DNA of 64,000 bases from a virus, in IMG/VR virus record IMGVR_UViG_3300042568_000467, positions 27,439 to 91,438 of that record. The stretch is one strand, 5' to 3'. Below, one piece after another: positions 1 to 9,903 of the stretch. The position numbers and the translations under genes are program-made. The notes under the pieces were generated by a model. That model did no database searches and had not been told where the DNA came from. It was given only the letters and a program-made list of their open reading frames with translations. The stretch's first letter is position 1. The number at the start of each line of letters is the position of its first letter.

Positions 1-211
1 CATATGATATATTGTCAAAGTCGTTATGTAGTATAAATGAAATATCTTTTTTAAAAGATATACCCCAGCCAAGCTGATTTGCAAGGCTCATCGGAAAACA
101 ATGATAAGCTTGTCTACCTGGCGTTTCTTCCATCCAATCTCTATTAACTGGTAACGGAGATATGGTAGCCGAATCGTTATGCAAGGCGTAGGCATCTATA
201 CTTATTGTCAT
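1..211 (-). CDS. DUF6065-like protein, partial (runs off window edge); paralog of 44276..44992
   Basis: Not in ORF track. Manual translation from ATG at 211: MTISIDAYALHNDSATISPLPVNRDWMEETPGRQAYHCFPMSLANQLGWGISFKKDISF..., aligning with RNWMDETTHKHAYRCFPLTLSNQVGWGLSFPEDITF of 44276..44992. Confidence 0.8.
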   Translation of the reverse strand, partial: MTISIDAYALHNDSATISPLPVNRDWMEETPGRQAYHCFPMSLANQLGWGISFKKDISFILHNDFDNISY

Positions 212-227
212 TCTAGTTATACTTTAC

Positions 228-575
228 CTAGAATAAGTTTCCATGAAGTCTTGGACGCTCTTTATTTATATTTATTTTAGCCTCTAAAATTTCATCTAAA
301 CTATGTGTAACCTGCTCTTCATTTCTCATTGCAGCATAAACATCTAGCAGGCGAATAATAACATCTGCCATTTCCTCTACAATATGTTCGCTTCCCTTAG
401 ACTTTCTAATTGCTTCTAATACTTCAGTAACTTCTGAATGTACAAGGGCAAGCTTGTTTCCAATCTTGTCATTAGAATAATCTCCATCCCAAAACCCCTT
501 TTCTATTGCTGTTTCATGAAGCATTGCTGCTAATGCATCAAGGCCATACTCTGTTAAAACACTATTGCTGTTCAA
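228..575 (-). CDS. MazG-like nucleotide pyrophosphohydrolase
   Basis: LALVHSEVTEVLEAIRK...IVEEMADVIIRLLD: ExxE/EExxD all-alpha NTP-PPase motifs. Confidence 0.8.
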   Translation of the reverse strand: MNSNSVLTEYGLDALAAMLHETAIEKGFWDGDYSNDKIGNKLALVHSEVTEVLEAIRKSKGSEHIVEEMADVIIRLLDVYAAMRNEEQVTHSLDEILEAKININKERPRLHGNLF

Positions 576-765
576 CTTTATCCCTTAAACTAAAAGTAAA
601 TGATGGGCCATCCTCATCATAATCAATAACCAACTCTTTATCAGTTTGTGCTGCATCTAGAAACTTTAAAGTAGGCACTGTAATTTTGCCATGCTCCTCT
701 AGTATCGCTACAAGGATCTGATTGATACTGATGGACTGTATGAGACCATCTACACCCTCTGTCAC
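562..765 (-). CDS. hypothetical protein
   Basis: 67-aa ORF overlapping both dnaE and the MazG-like gene. Confidence 0.65.
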   Translation of the reverse strand: MTEGVDGLIQSISINQILVAILEEHGKITVPTLKFLDAAQTDKELVIDYDEDGPSFTFSLRDKVEQQ

Positions 766-3700
766 TTTATCTCCTTAATCATTAATGTCCCATCGTCTAA
801 CTTTGACAAAACAACCTGACACTTCATTCCCTCACGCATTTTTGCTAAGGCAATCTTATACATACTAGAAAATACAATAGCTCTAGTTAAATTTTTATCT
901 TTATCTGACATCACAATGTGCGCCATTGTTTTACCAGCTTTTGTTTTATATGGCGTAAAGTCTACCACAATGTATTCGTTATCAGCAAGATCATATTCTT
1001 TTCTGTATAAGAAATCTACAAATGAATCTTTAGATTCTGGATTAATATCCTGAACCTTTACATAACGTGCAATTCTATTGTCTCCAACCAAAATAAAATA
1101 CATTTGATTTGTTTCAATTGGTGTCTGCTCATTATGGAACAAACCGATTGATCCTGTTTCATCAACAAGTTCGATTCTAGCCCATCCAGTTCCACGTTTA
1201 ATTGATTTAGCCATTCCAAACATTACAAAGGAGCCTAGGTCATCAAACTCAGAAATTGGTCTAGCCTGTGTTTTAATTCTAGGTGGTAGGTCTAAGCTAA
1301 ATGTTGGAATTCCTAAATACTCATAGTAATTATTTTTTTCGTTTCCAGATCTAGGGTTATCCTCAAATGCGGCAGCACCAATTGCATTTAGAGCAGAGAC
1401 TGCACGGCTATTGATTCCACTTCCCTTCTTAGAAGCCTTTTCAATAAACTCTGAGTAAGAAGCAAAAGGTCTTTGATCAATAATCTTATTCGCAATACTA
1501 TCTGAAATAAATTTAACCTCACCTAGTCCGAATCTAATTGAATCACCTTTTAACGAAAAGAAAACATCAGATTCATTAATATGAGGAAGCTTAATGCTAA
1601 GCTTCAATCTTTTTGCCTCAATTAAATATTCTGTTCTGGCATCTTTGTCGCTTTCGTTTTTAAGAATCGAGAACATGAATTCCAGCGGGTAATAAGTTTT
1701 GAGCCAAGCAGTAAAATAAGAAAGCATAGAGTAAGCAACAGCGTGGGAACGATTGAACGAATACCCAGCATGAGCTTCAAATGTGTGCCAGAGAGTCTCT
1801 GCTTGTTTTTTAGAAATATGTTTTGAAGCACCCTCAATAAATCTATCTTTAAACTGATCAAATTCTTTTGCATCCTTTTTCTTTCCAATAATTTTACGAA
1901 CTTTGTCAGCTTCGGACCAAGTCATACCGCCTAGGTGTACACATGCCTGCATAACCTGTTCTTGATAAATAATAACTCCGTAAGTATTTTCGGTAAAAGG
2001 TTTCATAATAGGGTGAATAAATTGCACTGCTTCATCTCCATGCTTACGCTTAATGTAAGAAGCACCTACAGTATTCATTGCTCCTGGACGAACTAATGCG
2101 TTAGATGCAGCAAGGTCTTCAAATTTATCAACACCCATCTTTATGAGTAAGTTAGTGTATGGGGTTGCTTCAGCTTGGAATACACCTTTTGTATACCCTT
2201 CGCTAAGTGTTTTATAAACTGCTTTATCGTCTAGCGGAAGTTCTGAAAGATTAATTGCTTTACCAGTTCTATCTTTAATAGACTGAAGAGTATCTGAAAT
2301 AACAGATAAAGTTTTTAATCCGAGTGCATCTAGTTTGATTAGGCCAATGTCTGCTACTGTATCCATATCGTAGGCTACTACTGGGATTCGCCCAGAAACT
2401 TTATCTTGTGCGTCTTCACGAGACTCAACTGGAGCATACTTACGAATATCATCTTTAGCAACTACAACTCCAGCAGCATGCACACCAACAGATCTAATCT
2501 TTCCACGCAATCTTTCGGCAAGCCATAGGACTTCTGGATACTTCATTCTAAATTCTTTTGTATTAGGGGAGTCCATGAAGTCTTCAAATGTATCGATAGA
2601 CTTCATTGCACGGTTAACGTCTGAAAGCGGGACCATAAATACACGAGCAGCATCTCTAATAACACCCTTATCCTTAAAATAAGTGTATGTAGAAATAGAT
2701 GCAACGTGCTTAAACTTCTTCTTAAGATATTCCTTTACTTCTTTACGACGGCGGTCTTCAAAGTCTGTATCGATATCTGGAAAGTCATTACGCTCTGGAT
2801 TAATAAATCGGAAGAATAGCAGGTCATATTTAATTGGATCAACATCTGTAATGCCTAGGGAATAGCAGACGAGAGAGCCAGCGGCAGAGCCACGGCCAGG
2901 ACCAACCATAATATTATTTGTCTTTGCCCAGTTAATCATATCTGCCACAACCAAGAAATATGAGGCAAAACTCTTAGACTTAATAATGTCTAGTTCCTCA
3001 TTGAGCCTGTCAATGTAGACCGCATCCTTGTCCAGGTTTAGCCTTTTAAGGCCTTCAGAGGCCATCTGAGCCAGCTTATCGTCCGCATCTGTCTTAGGGA
3101 CAGGGAGAAGGTCTAATCCGCTGTTAAAATCGTATTCTCCAATTTTGTCAGCAATCTCCATAGTATTATCAAAAATGTCTGTTCGATTAATCCCTGATTT
3201 CTTGAAGTCTGATTCAATTTCTTCTCTGGTCTGAATAAATAAATTATAGTCTACAAATGATATTTTTCTATCTGGATAAAGATAGTTAAATCTATCTAAC
3301 ATATCCTTCATTTGGCGAGACATATCAAAGTCTGCTTCTTTATCTGATTTAGGGGATGTAGATAGAATAAGCATAGCCTCTTCTAATATACGATCTTCTT
3401 CTTTAGCAAAGTGGGCATCTCCTGTCGCCACCGCTTTAATTTTAAGTTCGTCTGCTAAAGACAATAGGCCTTCATTTATTTCTTTCGGATTGTGAGATTG
3501 AACCTCAATATAAAAATCATCGCCGAAATTTTTCTTAAAATCTTTGAGAATAAGTTTAGCTTCAGAAAACTCATTCTTCTCGATGCACTTAGAAATGAGG
3601 CCATTAAGACATCCAGACAATACAATAATACCTTCCGAATATTCATTGAGTATCTCCCTATCAATACGTGGCTTATGATAAAAGCCTTCGTTCCATGCAA

Positions 3701-4028
3701 GCTCTTGCAGAATATTAATATTCTCAAGACCCTTTTTATTCTTAGCCAATAAAATAATATGATTGTAAGCCTGAATAGACTTATCTGTTTTGGAGGAACG
3801 GTCAAATCTATCTGTAGGAGATATATACGCTTCTACTCCAAGAATTGGCTTTATGCCCAACTCTTTTGCAGCAATCTGCATTTCACGATGTGATGACAAG
3901 GTTCCATGATCTGTAATTGCAATTGTTGTTTGCCCTGCATCTATGGCAGCCTGACATAGTTCTTTGGGTGAATTGAGTCCATCCATTAATGAGTAGTATG
4001 AATGAACATGTAGATGTGTAAAACTCAT
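762..4028 (-). CDS. dnaE: DNA polymerase III alpha subunit (DnaE type)
   Basis: PHP motifs HLHVHSYYS, AITDHG; GPGRGSAAGSLV; catalytic PDIDTDF; YSFNRSHAVAY. Start moved from 4046 to ATG 4028 (TAATG overlap with upstream stop). Confidence 0.97.
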   Translation of the reverse strand: MSFTHLHVHSYYSLMDGLNSPKELCQAAIDAGQTTIAITDHGTLSSHREMQIAAKELGIKPILGVEAYISPTDRFDRSSKTDKSIQAYNHIILLAKNKKGLENINILQELAWNEGFYHKPRIDREILNEYSEGIIVLSGCLNGLISKCIEKNEFSEAKLILKDFKKNFGDDFYIEVQSHNPKEINEGLLSLADELKIKAVATGDAHFAKEEDRILEEAMLILSTSPKSDKEADFDMSRQMKDMLDRFNYLYPDRKISFVDYNLFIQTREEIESDFKKSGINRTDIFDNTMEIADKIGEYDFNSGLDLLPVPKTDADDKLAQMASEGLKRLNLDKDAVYIDRLNEELDIIKSKSFASYFLVVADMINWAKTNNIMVGPGRGSAAGSLVCYSLGITDVDPIKYDLLFFRFINPERNDFPDIDTDFEDRRRKEVKEYLKKKFKHVASISTYTYFKDKGVIRDAARVFMVPLSDVNRAMKSIDTFEDFMDSPNTKEFRMKYPEVLWLAERLRGKIRSVGVHAAGVVVAKDDIRKYAPVESREDAQDKVSGRIPVVAYDMDTVADIGLIKLDALGLKTLSVISDTLQSIKDRTGKAINLSELPLDDKAVYKTLSEGYTKGVFQAEATPYTNLLIKMGVDKFEDLAASNALVRPGAMNTVGASYIKRKHGDEAVQFIHPIMKPFTENTYGVIIYQEQVMQACVHLGGMTWSEADKVRKIIGKKKDAKEFDQFKDRFIEGASKHISKKQAETLWHTFEAHAGYSFNRSHAVAYSMLSYFTAWLKTYYPLEFMFSILKNESDKDARTEYLIEAKRLKLSIKLPHINESDVFFSLKGDSIRFGLGEVKFISDSIANKIIDQRPFASYSEFIEKASKKGSGINSRAVSALNAIGAAAFEDNPRSGNEKNNYYEYLGIPTFSLDLPPRIKTQARPISEFDDLGSFVMFGMAKSIKRGTGWARIELVDETGSIGLFHNEQTPIETNQMYFILVGDNRIARYVKVQDINPESKDSFVDFLYRKEYDLADNEYIVVDFTPYKTKAGKTMAHIVMSDKDKNLTRAIVFSSMYKIALAKMREGMKCQVVLSKLDDGTLMIKEIK

Positions 4029-4234
4029 TAGTATCCGCCCAAGCATTCATTTCTTGTATGATAAAGTCTAATCTTAGTCATAGTCTTTCTATTTGGAGCA
4101 TATAGTTCTTCTCCGCAGCAAGCCGCCTTTAAATACCACTCTCTTGCAAAAAAATCATACACCATGCCACTAGCATTTTTATATTTGTTTGCCACAAAAG
4201 TAGCAAATGGGTCTGGGATTTCGTATGAGATCAT
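4028..4234 (-). CDS. small hypothetical protein, Cys/His-containing
   Basis: 68 aa; CC...H...C; preceded by a leaderless promoter; stop overlaps dnaE start. Confidence 0.7.
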   Translation of the reverse strand: MISYEIPDPFATFVANKYKNASGMVYDFFAREWYLKAACCGEELYAPNRKTMTKIRLYHTRNECLGGY

Positions 4235-4240
4235 GTTGTT

Positions 4241-4269
4241 ATTCTAACAAATAATGCAGGGCCAGTCAA
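4241..4269 (-). promoter_or_regulatory. sigma70/SigA-type promoter, leaderless
   Basis: TTGACT(4264-4269)-17 nt-TAGAAT(4241-4246)-6 nt-ATG(4234). Confidence 0.75.
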
Positions 4270-4284
4270 TAGACCAGCCCTGCA
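4255..4284 (-). terminator. hairpin after SSB gene (probable terminator) overlapping next -35 box
   Basis: TGCAGGGC...GCCCTGCA inverted repeat followed by TTATTT on - strand. Confidence 0.55.
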
Positions 4285-4294
4285 ACTATTTATT

Positions 4295-4966
4295 TTACCA
4301 GTCTACGCTACTAGATGAAGCTGATGGCTCTTCGTTATTGCCACCTTCGCCCATATAAAAAGCTTCTTGCTCTGCATATGTTACGTGACGAACTGCTGTT
4401 TTTTCTAGGTCATACAACTCTAGGGCAGAGAAATCAAATGGTGCTTCGTCCTTTGCCAGCGGAATAATTGTATAACTTGTATCTGTTTTTGAACCATTAC
4501 GCTTAATTCGCCACATAAGGTTGGTGATGCTTCCCATCTCACCAGCGTATTCAATTAGGGTAGGTGTAATTGTCTTACCGCTTGTACCTTGTGAAAGAAT
4601 TGCTACATATGGCTCTTCTTTGCCATCGTCTACTAGGACATTAATGTATAGGCGTGTTCTGGCTTTCCAGCCAGCCTTTGGATCCTTGCGATGTTGTTCG
4701 TTTGCCCAGTCACGTCCTTCTGACTCCATTGTATCTAGAGCCTTGCGACGATAATCCTTTGGGTTAGTGTGCTCTAATGCGATAAATCCGCAACCAAGCT
4801 TGTCATTATATGTTGGTGAATCTGGATCAAGTTCCTGGAGGAATCTAATCTTTACGCTTTCGCCGTCTTCAATCTTTAGCCAACGACCTTTGTTTTCATC
4901 CCCACCGCTGTAGGTAGGCTTATCTAGTGCCTTGTTGAGGTCTTTTAGACCCTTTACTATACTCAT
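4295..4966 (-). CDS. single-stranded DNA-binding protein (gp32-like OB fold)
   Basis: WLKIEDGESVKIRFL, IKRNGSKTDTSYTIIP, acidic/Ser tail ending in W; sits between primase and polymerase. Confidence 0.7.
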   Translation of the reverse strand: MSIVKGLKDLNKALDKPTYSGGDENKGRWLKIEDGESVKIRFLQELDPDSPTYNDKLGCGFIALEHTNPKDYRRKALDTMESEGRDWANEQHRKDPKAGWKARTRLYINVLVDDGKEEPYVAILSQGTSGKTITPTLIEYAGEMGSITNLMWRIKRNGSKTDTSYTIIPLAKDEAPFDFSALELYDLEKTAVRHVTYAEQEAFYMGEGGNNEEPSASSSSVDW

Positions 4967-5017
4967 ATATTTCTCCTTTATAGTTGATGGTATATATCCA
5001 TCTGTATTTTTATTATA

Positions 5018-6016
5018 TCACGAGTTCCAAGATCTGTATTCAATGTCGGATACAGAATTTTTAATGCAGGTCTTTATTTCCTCATCGGTCATGTCGCCAG
5101 CATCTTTTGCATCATGAGGATATATCTTACCATATTCAAACGAAGCCCACAAGAGGTCTTTGAATTTTAATTTATTAACTATACTTCTGCCTAATTCTCT
5201 GCCAGCCTGATCTGCATCAGTCATAATAGTTATTTTATTGAAATGTCTATTTAATAAATTTTGTTGTTCGGTAGACAAAAATCCACCTAGGGTTGCAACG
5301 ACATTTGGGAATCCAGCTTGATGAACACGAATTGCATCAAAGCTAGACTCTACAACTATGACATGGGCCCCTACTTTTTTGGCACGGTGAATGTTAAAAA
5401 GCGTTTTGCTCTTTGGAAGATTTGTGCTATTCTTAAAAGATTTTCCTTCAACAGATCTTCCAACAATGCCAATTGGCATTCCGTCTGGGCTATGAACTGG
5501 AACAGTTACCATATCCATGTTTTCAGAATATCCTAAAGAAAAATCTGTTACTGCCTGTATTTCAATACCACGAGACTTAAAGTATATCTTTGCTTTATCG
5601 CTGTTAATTAATCCATTATGTAATTTATCTAAAGTATCTTGAGAGAACTCTTCAAAGACAGGCTTTTCATTCATTGCTTCTGACAATAAGTCGTCAAAAT
5701 TTTCTAACGACTCAGTTTCTTTTGTCGCAATAAACCTCATTGCCTCAAAGTCATTTTTGTGCATGACACGCTTTACTAATTCCTGTAGAGTTCCAGCTTC
5801 ACCGCATGAAGGATTAAAGCATATGAATGCACCCTTTTCACGACTTACGCTAAAGCTTGACGTGTGTCTATTAGAATGAAATGGGCAGTAGCATAGAAAG
5901 TCATTACCAGTCTCACCAACAATTTCAAGTCCTATTGATTTTAGGATTGACTTGATATGGTTTGGCGTGTAGTGCGTGGTATCGACTTCCCTTGTGTTAT
6001 ACCCTCTAATTGCCAT
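5018..6016 (-). CDS. dnaG: DNA primase (CHC2 zinc finger + TOPRIM)
   Basis: CPFH...CFNPSC Zn finger; VVESSFDA and MTDADQAG TOPRIM motifs; likely start ATG 6016. Confidence 0.9.
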   Translation of the reverse strand: MAIRGYNTREVDTTHYTPNHIKSILKSIGLEIVGETGNDFLCYCPFHSNRHTSSFSVSREKGAFICFNPSCGEAGTLQELVKRVMHKNDFEAMRFIATKETESLENFDDLLSEAMNEKPVFEEFSQDTLDKLHNGLINSDKAKIYFKSRGIEIQAVTDFSLGYSENMDMVTVPVHSPDGMPIGIVGRSVEGKSFKNSTNLPKSKTLFNIHRAKKVGAHVIVVESSFDAIRVHQAGFPNVVATLGGFLSTEQQNLLNRHFNKITIMTDADQAGRELGRSIVNKLKFKDLLWASFEYGKIYPHDAKDAGDMTDEEIKTCIKNSVSDIEYRSWNS

Positions 6017-6261
6017 GCCTTCTTCTTTCCCACATAAACACCATGAATGCTCATTAAGAACTTCCATGTCTCGCCAGTAAATTCTACCGAAAATGCTGGG
6101 TCTATGTCAAGTACTCTGACATATCCCTTACCCCTCATATCTTGAATTAACAAGTTTTCATATTGAGGTCTCAAGCTAATGAGTTGTGAGTTGTCATGAA
6201 ACTCAACATCTATTTGAAATCTTTTAATTTTTCGATGGGTCATTCGCAAAAGGATTTTCAT
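5941..6261 (-). CDS. hypothetical protein
   Basis: ORF between helicase and primase; true start may be 6243. Confidence 0.6.
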   Translation of the reverse strand: MKILLRMTHRKIKRFQIDVEFHDNSQLISLRPQYENLLIQDMRGKGYVRVLDIDPAFSVEFTGETWKFLMSIHGVYVGKKKAWQLEGITQGKSIPRTTRQTISSQS

Positions 6262-7468
6262 AAATCTCTTTGATGATACCCCTGTTGATATCCCAATCTA
6301 AGAATACATTAAAGTCTTGACCATGACGGTTCTTTCGGCTGACAACTTCAATCATATTAGTATCTGTATATTTATGGATAGCAATAGCCATATCAGCATC
6401 ATACTCAATAGCCTTTGACCATGCTACCTGAGACAGCATAGGCGGGGCATCTTGATCTGTAATGTCATCCATAGTTGCTGCAGTGATATCAATAACTGGA
6501 ATGTTGTTTGTCATAGCAAGCATCTTAAACTCACGAGACACATTCATGTTGCGCTCTGTTGCACCAGTACTTCTCTTGTTATCTGAGAATAGCTGGTGAT
6601 AATCTAAAATAACTAGATCTGGTTTATGTTGGTCAATTTTAGCCTGAACAGTATTTGCATTTACTTCCCCCATACCTTCATTAGATACAAGAATAAAACC
6701 GTTCTTGTTTTCAAATCTTTTCTGACCCCAAGATCTAAATGTATCAACATTCACATCACCCCTTGCAAAATCTGATGCACGGAATAATCCAGAACCCATC
6801 ATTGTGTAAATACGATCACGCATATTTTCTGGAGACATTTCAAGAGATACAATCATAGGCTTGAATCCTTGCTCCCAAGCCTTGCAAGCAAGATATGATG
6901 TGAACCATGTCTTACCACGCCCTGGCCAACCAATAGCAACAATGAGGTGTCCTGGAGCCATTCCAGTAGGGTATGCCTTATCAATTGCATCAAAGCCTGT
7001 TAAAATTCCTGGAGCCCCGCCCATAATTGTTGAACGTTCTTTAACCGCCAAGAAATGCTTTTCTGCCAAATCAATATCTGTAACATCTACGTCACGAACA
7101 TGATTTGTAAATTTAGACAATTGTGAAAGCTTAGCCTGTAAATCTCCAAGTACTCTGGATGCAGCATCTTCTTTTAGAGCAGACCCGCTTTGAAGAATAA
7201 TATTCTTTAATCTACTAGTTAGGTATTCATTCTTTAACTTATCTAAATAGTATCCAGTCTCAGCTTTTGTTTCAACTGGCTCGAAGTCTTTGAATCGCTC
7301 CATGAGGATTCCAGCTTCTGGTACTGCTTTAAACTTATAGTAATATGCTTTTAGCGAATCCCAGATATCCTTATGTGATGTAAAAATCTCATCTACATTA
7401 TCTGCCAGTAGTGTGCTTATATCTTTATTCTTACATACTGCTGATAGCAACTCTGCTTCTGTATTCAT
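6224..7468 (-). CDS. dnaB: DnaB-like replicative helicase
   Basis: Walker A GWPGRGKT, SLEMS, Walker B LVILDY, IEYDAD, KNRHG. Confidence 0.93.
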   Translation of the reverse strand: MNTEAELLSAVCKNKDISTLLADNVDEIFTSHKDIWDSLKAYYYKFKAVPEAGILMERFKDFEPVETKAETGYYLDKLKNEYLTSRLKNIILQSGSALKEDAASRVLGDLQAKLSQLSKFTNHVRDVDVTDIDLAEKHFLAVKERSTIMGGAPGILTGFDAIDKAYPTGMAPGHLIVAIGWPGRGKTWFTSYLACKAWEQGFKPMIVSLEMSPENMRDRIYTMMGSGLFRASDFARGDVNVDTFRSWGQKRFENKNGFILVSNEGMGEVNANTVQAKIDQHKPDLVILDYHQLFSDNKRSTGATERNMNVSREFKMLAMTNNIPVIDITAATMDDITDQDAPPMLSQVAWSKAIEYDADMAIAIHKYTDTNMIEVVSRKNRHGQDFNVFLDWDINRGIIKEIYENPFANDPSKN

Positions 7469-7785
7469 TCGCTTCCGCCCTCTACTAATTCTTTCGTTGC
7501 CTGTAATAGCAATCGACGATGCTTTTCATCCTTCTCACGCTCTGACTTTAAGTAATCAATCTTATCAAAGTTGTAGAAAAAGAAACTAAGTGGGTGCCCA
7601 GACTTGTTAGTTTTAAAATAGTATACCAAAAGATCTCTGGCTCTATCAAATCCTACGCTATCTATTACATCCTGCATAGCCCACTTCTCACGAAACTTAT
7701 TTAGCCGTGGTTTTCTGCCATACTTTTCTAAGTAAAGAGACTCGTATAAACCAATCAACACATATGGTTGTTTCTCATTTGGCAC
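7465..7785 (-). CDS. hypothetical protein
   Basis: 106-aa ORF overlapping dnaB start. Confidence 0.7.
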   Translation of the reverse strand: MPNEKQPYVLIGLYESLYLEKYGRKPRLNKFREKWAMQDVIDSVGFDRARDLLVYYFKTNKSGHPLSFFFYNFDKIDYLKSEREKDEKHRRLLLQATKELVEGGSE

Positions 7786-7996
7786 GTTTTAGCTCTTCTT
7801 CTACTTCACGAGTCTTTTCGATAAGCTTGTTTTCGACAAAAGCATAGACTCTTTCTGTAGCAGTATCTACGTTCTCTCCACTACGAACATTATCTTCTAT
7901 GCCTATACCAATTTTAATGCTCTCGTAGTTTCCTAGATTGCGTGTGAACGATAGGTCCACCTTTACTCTTGTCTCTGACATTACTCCGCCTTCCAT
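7775..7996 (-). CDS. hypothetical protein
   Basis: TRNLGNYESIKIGIG motif; in operon context. Confidence 0.7.
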   Translation of the reverse strand: MEGGVMSETRVKVDLSFTRNLGNYESIKIGIGIEDNVRSGENVDTATERVYAFVENKLIEKTREVEEELKRAK

Positions 7997-8463
7997 ACAG
8001 GTACAAATTTTCCGTCTTCTGTCTTAGTATACAATATTAAATTGTGTTTGAGAATAGCCTGCAATTCTGATCTTGAAGGTAAATCTCTAATATGTCCAGC
8101 ATCAATAATAAATTGATGTATGTCCAGAATGTCTGATTCACTTAACATATATTTAGACCAGGTGCTTTCTGGATTACTAATTGGATATACTTTTTGGGGC
8201 TGTTTAATTTTACCCTGCAAAATATACTCCTCTATAGTTACCCTGTGCCTGCCTAAAATTTTGCCTGCCTCTACTACTGTATACGCCCTCTCCATACTTT
8301 TATCTACCTGAGCATAAGAATACATAACTCTTTTTTTATCTACATAGGACCAAGCAACGACTTCGTCTTTAGCTCTTGATAGCCTTAGTACTTTATGTAC
8401 TTTACCATTTAAGAAGAAATAGACGAATTTTTTGCGTAATCTCTGTCGGTTTTCTCTAGCCAT
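7981..8463 (-). CDS. helix-turn-helix DNA-binding protein
   Basis: YTVVEAGKILGRHRVTIEEYILQGKI resembles excisionase/MerR-type HTH. Confidence 0.65.
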   Translation of the reverse strand: MARENRQRLRKKFVYFFLNGKVHKVLRLSRAKDEVVAWSYVDKKRVMYSYAQVDKSMERAYTVVEAGKILGRHRVTIEEYILQGKIKQPQKVYPISNPESTWSKYMLSESDILDIHQFIIDAGHIRDLPSRSELQAILKHNLILYTKTEDGKFVPVWKAE

Positions 8464-8597
8464 TTACCAAATGCACTTGTTTCTTTGTTAATCATCCATC
8501 GCTTACCGCAAAGAATGCAGAATAGTTCTGTGTGTAGTTTTTGAGAAAATACTCTATCTACAAATACTCTACCGCTACATTTCTGACATTTCATCAT
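8409..8597 (-). CDS. small zinc-ribbon protein
   Basis: MMKCQKC...FCILCG, two CxxC pairs; start at 8597 gives ATGA overlap with upstream stop. Confidence 0.7.
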   Translation of the reverse strand: MMKCQKCSGRVFVDRVFSQKLHTELFCILCGKRWMINKETSAFGKWLEKTDRDYAKNSSISS

Positions 8598-9394
8598 AGC
8601 GAGAATGTCTTTCCGTCCACAACGCAAGAGTAGTCTGGAGCAATATGGATCATTTGAATATGAGGGTAGTCGTTGACAATGTGTGCAATAGCAAAGCCCT
8701 TCTGCCAATCATGGTGTTGAGTATACTTCATTCCTGGACCCTTTTCGTCACACATATGGCCAATCTCATATCCACGAAGAGTTTCTCCTTCACCATTGTT
8801 TCTTAGTTCATATGTTACCATATGTGAAGCAATTCTATGTGAGTGACCTCTAATTAAAGACACCTGAAGATCTTCCATATCCTTGCGAACGGAACCAGTT
8901 GCTGCAATAGAGATGCCGTGGTGTACGTGCACGTCTCCAAAGCGACGCTTAGGCAATGAGTCATAATAAATATAATCGTAGCCTAGGGAGTCCAATGACC
9001 AAAGTGATTCTGGGGTCACATCCTTTGCATAATCTGGAAGCTTCTTGTCTATGTAATCAAAGATACGTATGTCGTGGTTTCCCAATGCTGAAAACAGTTG
9101 TGCATCTGGAAGCATCTCACGAGTCTTTGCATAAAAATCTCTTGCACCCTTTGCCTCATGACGCATCATTGGAACAATTAAATCACGACTGTCATCCTTA
9201 TGAAGCTGAAGAAACTCTGCAGATCTTCCTTCTGTATATTTACTGTAGCAAGCTTGATCGTCAGTATCCCCAAGATAATCTACTACATCTGGCTTAAACC
9301 ATTTCATAACTTTAAACCATAGAGCAATCATCTTATCATCTTGATAAGGGAATTGCTGATCGGATGACAACATCCATTTTAAATCGTTTGTCAT
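8594..9394 (-). CDS. calcineurin-like metallophosphoesterase
   Basis: SDQQ, LGDTDD, GNHD, HHG, GHSH motifs. Confidence 0.85.
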   Translation of the reverse strand: MTNDLKWMLSSDQQFPYQDDKMIALWFKVMKWFKPDVVDYLGDTDDQACYSKYTEGRSAEFLQLHKDDSRDLIVPMMRHEAKGARDFYAKTREMLPDAQLFSALGNHDIRIFDYIDKKLPDYAKDVTPESLWSLDSLGYDYIYYDSLPKRRFGDVHVHHGISIAATGSVRKDMEDLQVSLIRGHSHRIASHMVTYELRNNGEGETLRGYEIGHMCDEKGPGMKYTQHHDWQKGFAIAHIVNDYPHIQMIHIAPDYSCVVDGKTFSL

Positions 9395-9408
9395 TTAACT
9401 TCCCTGCG

Positions 9409-9436
9409 TAAAAAAGGGTCACGGAGTCGTGACCTT
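9409..9436 (-). terminator. intrinsic terminator
   Basis: - strand AAGGTCACG-ACTC-CGTGACCC followed by a T run. Confidence 0.7.
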
Positions 9437-9448
9437 GATATTATCTAA

Positions 9449-9476
9449 ATTGTAGCATATTAAATCAGCCTGTCAA
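9449..9476 (-). promoter_or_regulatory. SigA-type promoter upstream of replication module
   Basis: TTGACA(9471-9476)-16 nt-TACAAT(9449-9454), extended TGn. Confidence 0.6.
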
Positions 9477-9480
9477 TAGG

Positions 9481-9903
9481 CTAGTGGCAAATTACCATCC
9501 AATAAAATCCTATTGTAAATGATGCCTTTGCTGATGAGTTTAAGTAAGCATTTCCAGAAACTCCAGTCGGACCCAATGTCTTGCTGTCTATTGCAAAGCT
9601 AAATACGCTTGGGATGTCTGCAGTTCTTACTGGAGTTATTATAACTGATTTTGGATTTGATTGTAAAGTAGTTTTAAAATTGATTGTAAAAGGAGTTGCT
9701 TTTCCTGGAACCAATGTGACTCCTGTGTGAAGCCCGCCTAATATTTGGCTTGCCGAAACTGTTTTATTTTCTAGATTTCCAGGTGAATTTCCAGTAGAAG
9801 TAGAACCCACTTTTGGAATACTTGCTCTTATTTCTACTAGACGTCTTTCTAGATCTTGTAATGCAGCTGCGTCTAAAGGTGTGCCGTCATCAAATGCTGC
9901 CAT
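9481..9903 (-). CDS. putative minor tail/fibre-tip protein
   Basis: C-terminal beta-rich domain ending FYWMVIC; last gene of the tail operon. Confidence 0.5.
   Translation of the reverse strand: MAAFDDGTPLDAAALQDLERRLVEIRASIPKVGSTSTGNSPGNLENKTVSASQILGGLHTGVTLVPGKATPFTINFKTTLQSNPKSVIITPVRTADIPSVFSFAIDSKTLGPTGVSGNAYLNSSAKASFTIGFYWMVICH

Noticed and set aside
762-7468. Inteins or introns in dnaE and dnaB (nrdJ also checked)
   Set aside because: Lengths and motif spacing are normal; no Hint signatures seen.
8598-8708. Cys-rich N-terminal extension of ORF 8409..8708
   Set aside because: Lies within the phosphoesterase gene; the ATGA-coupled start at 8597 is more plausible.
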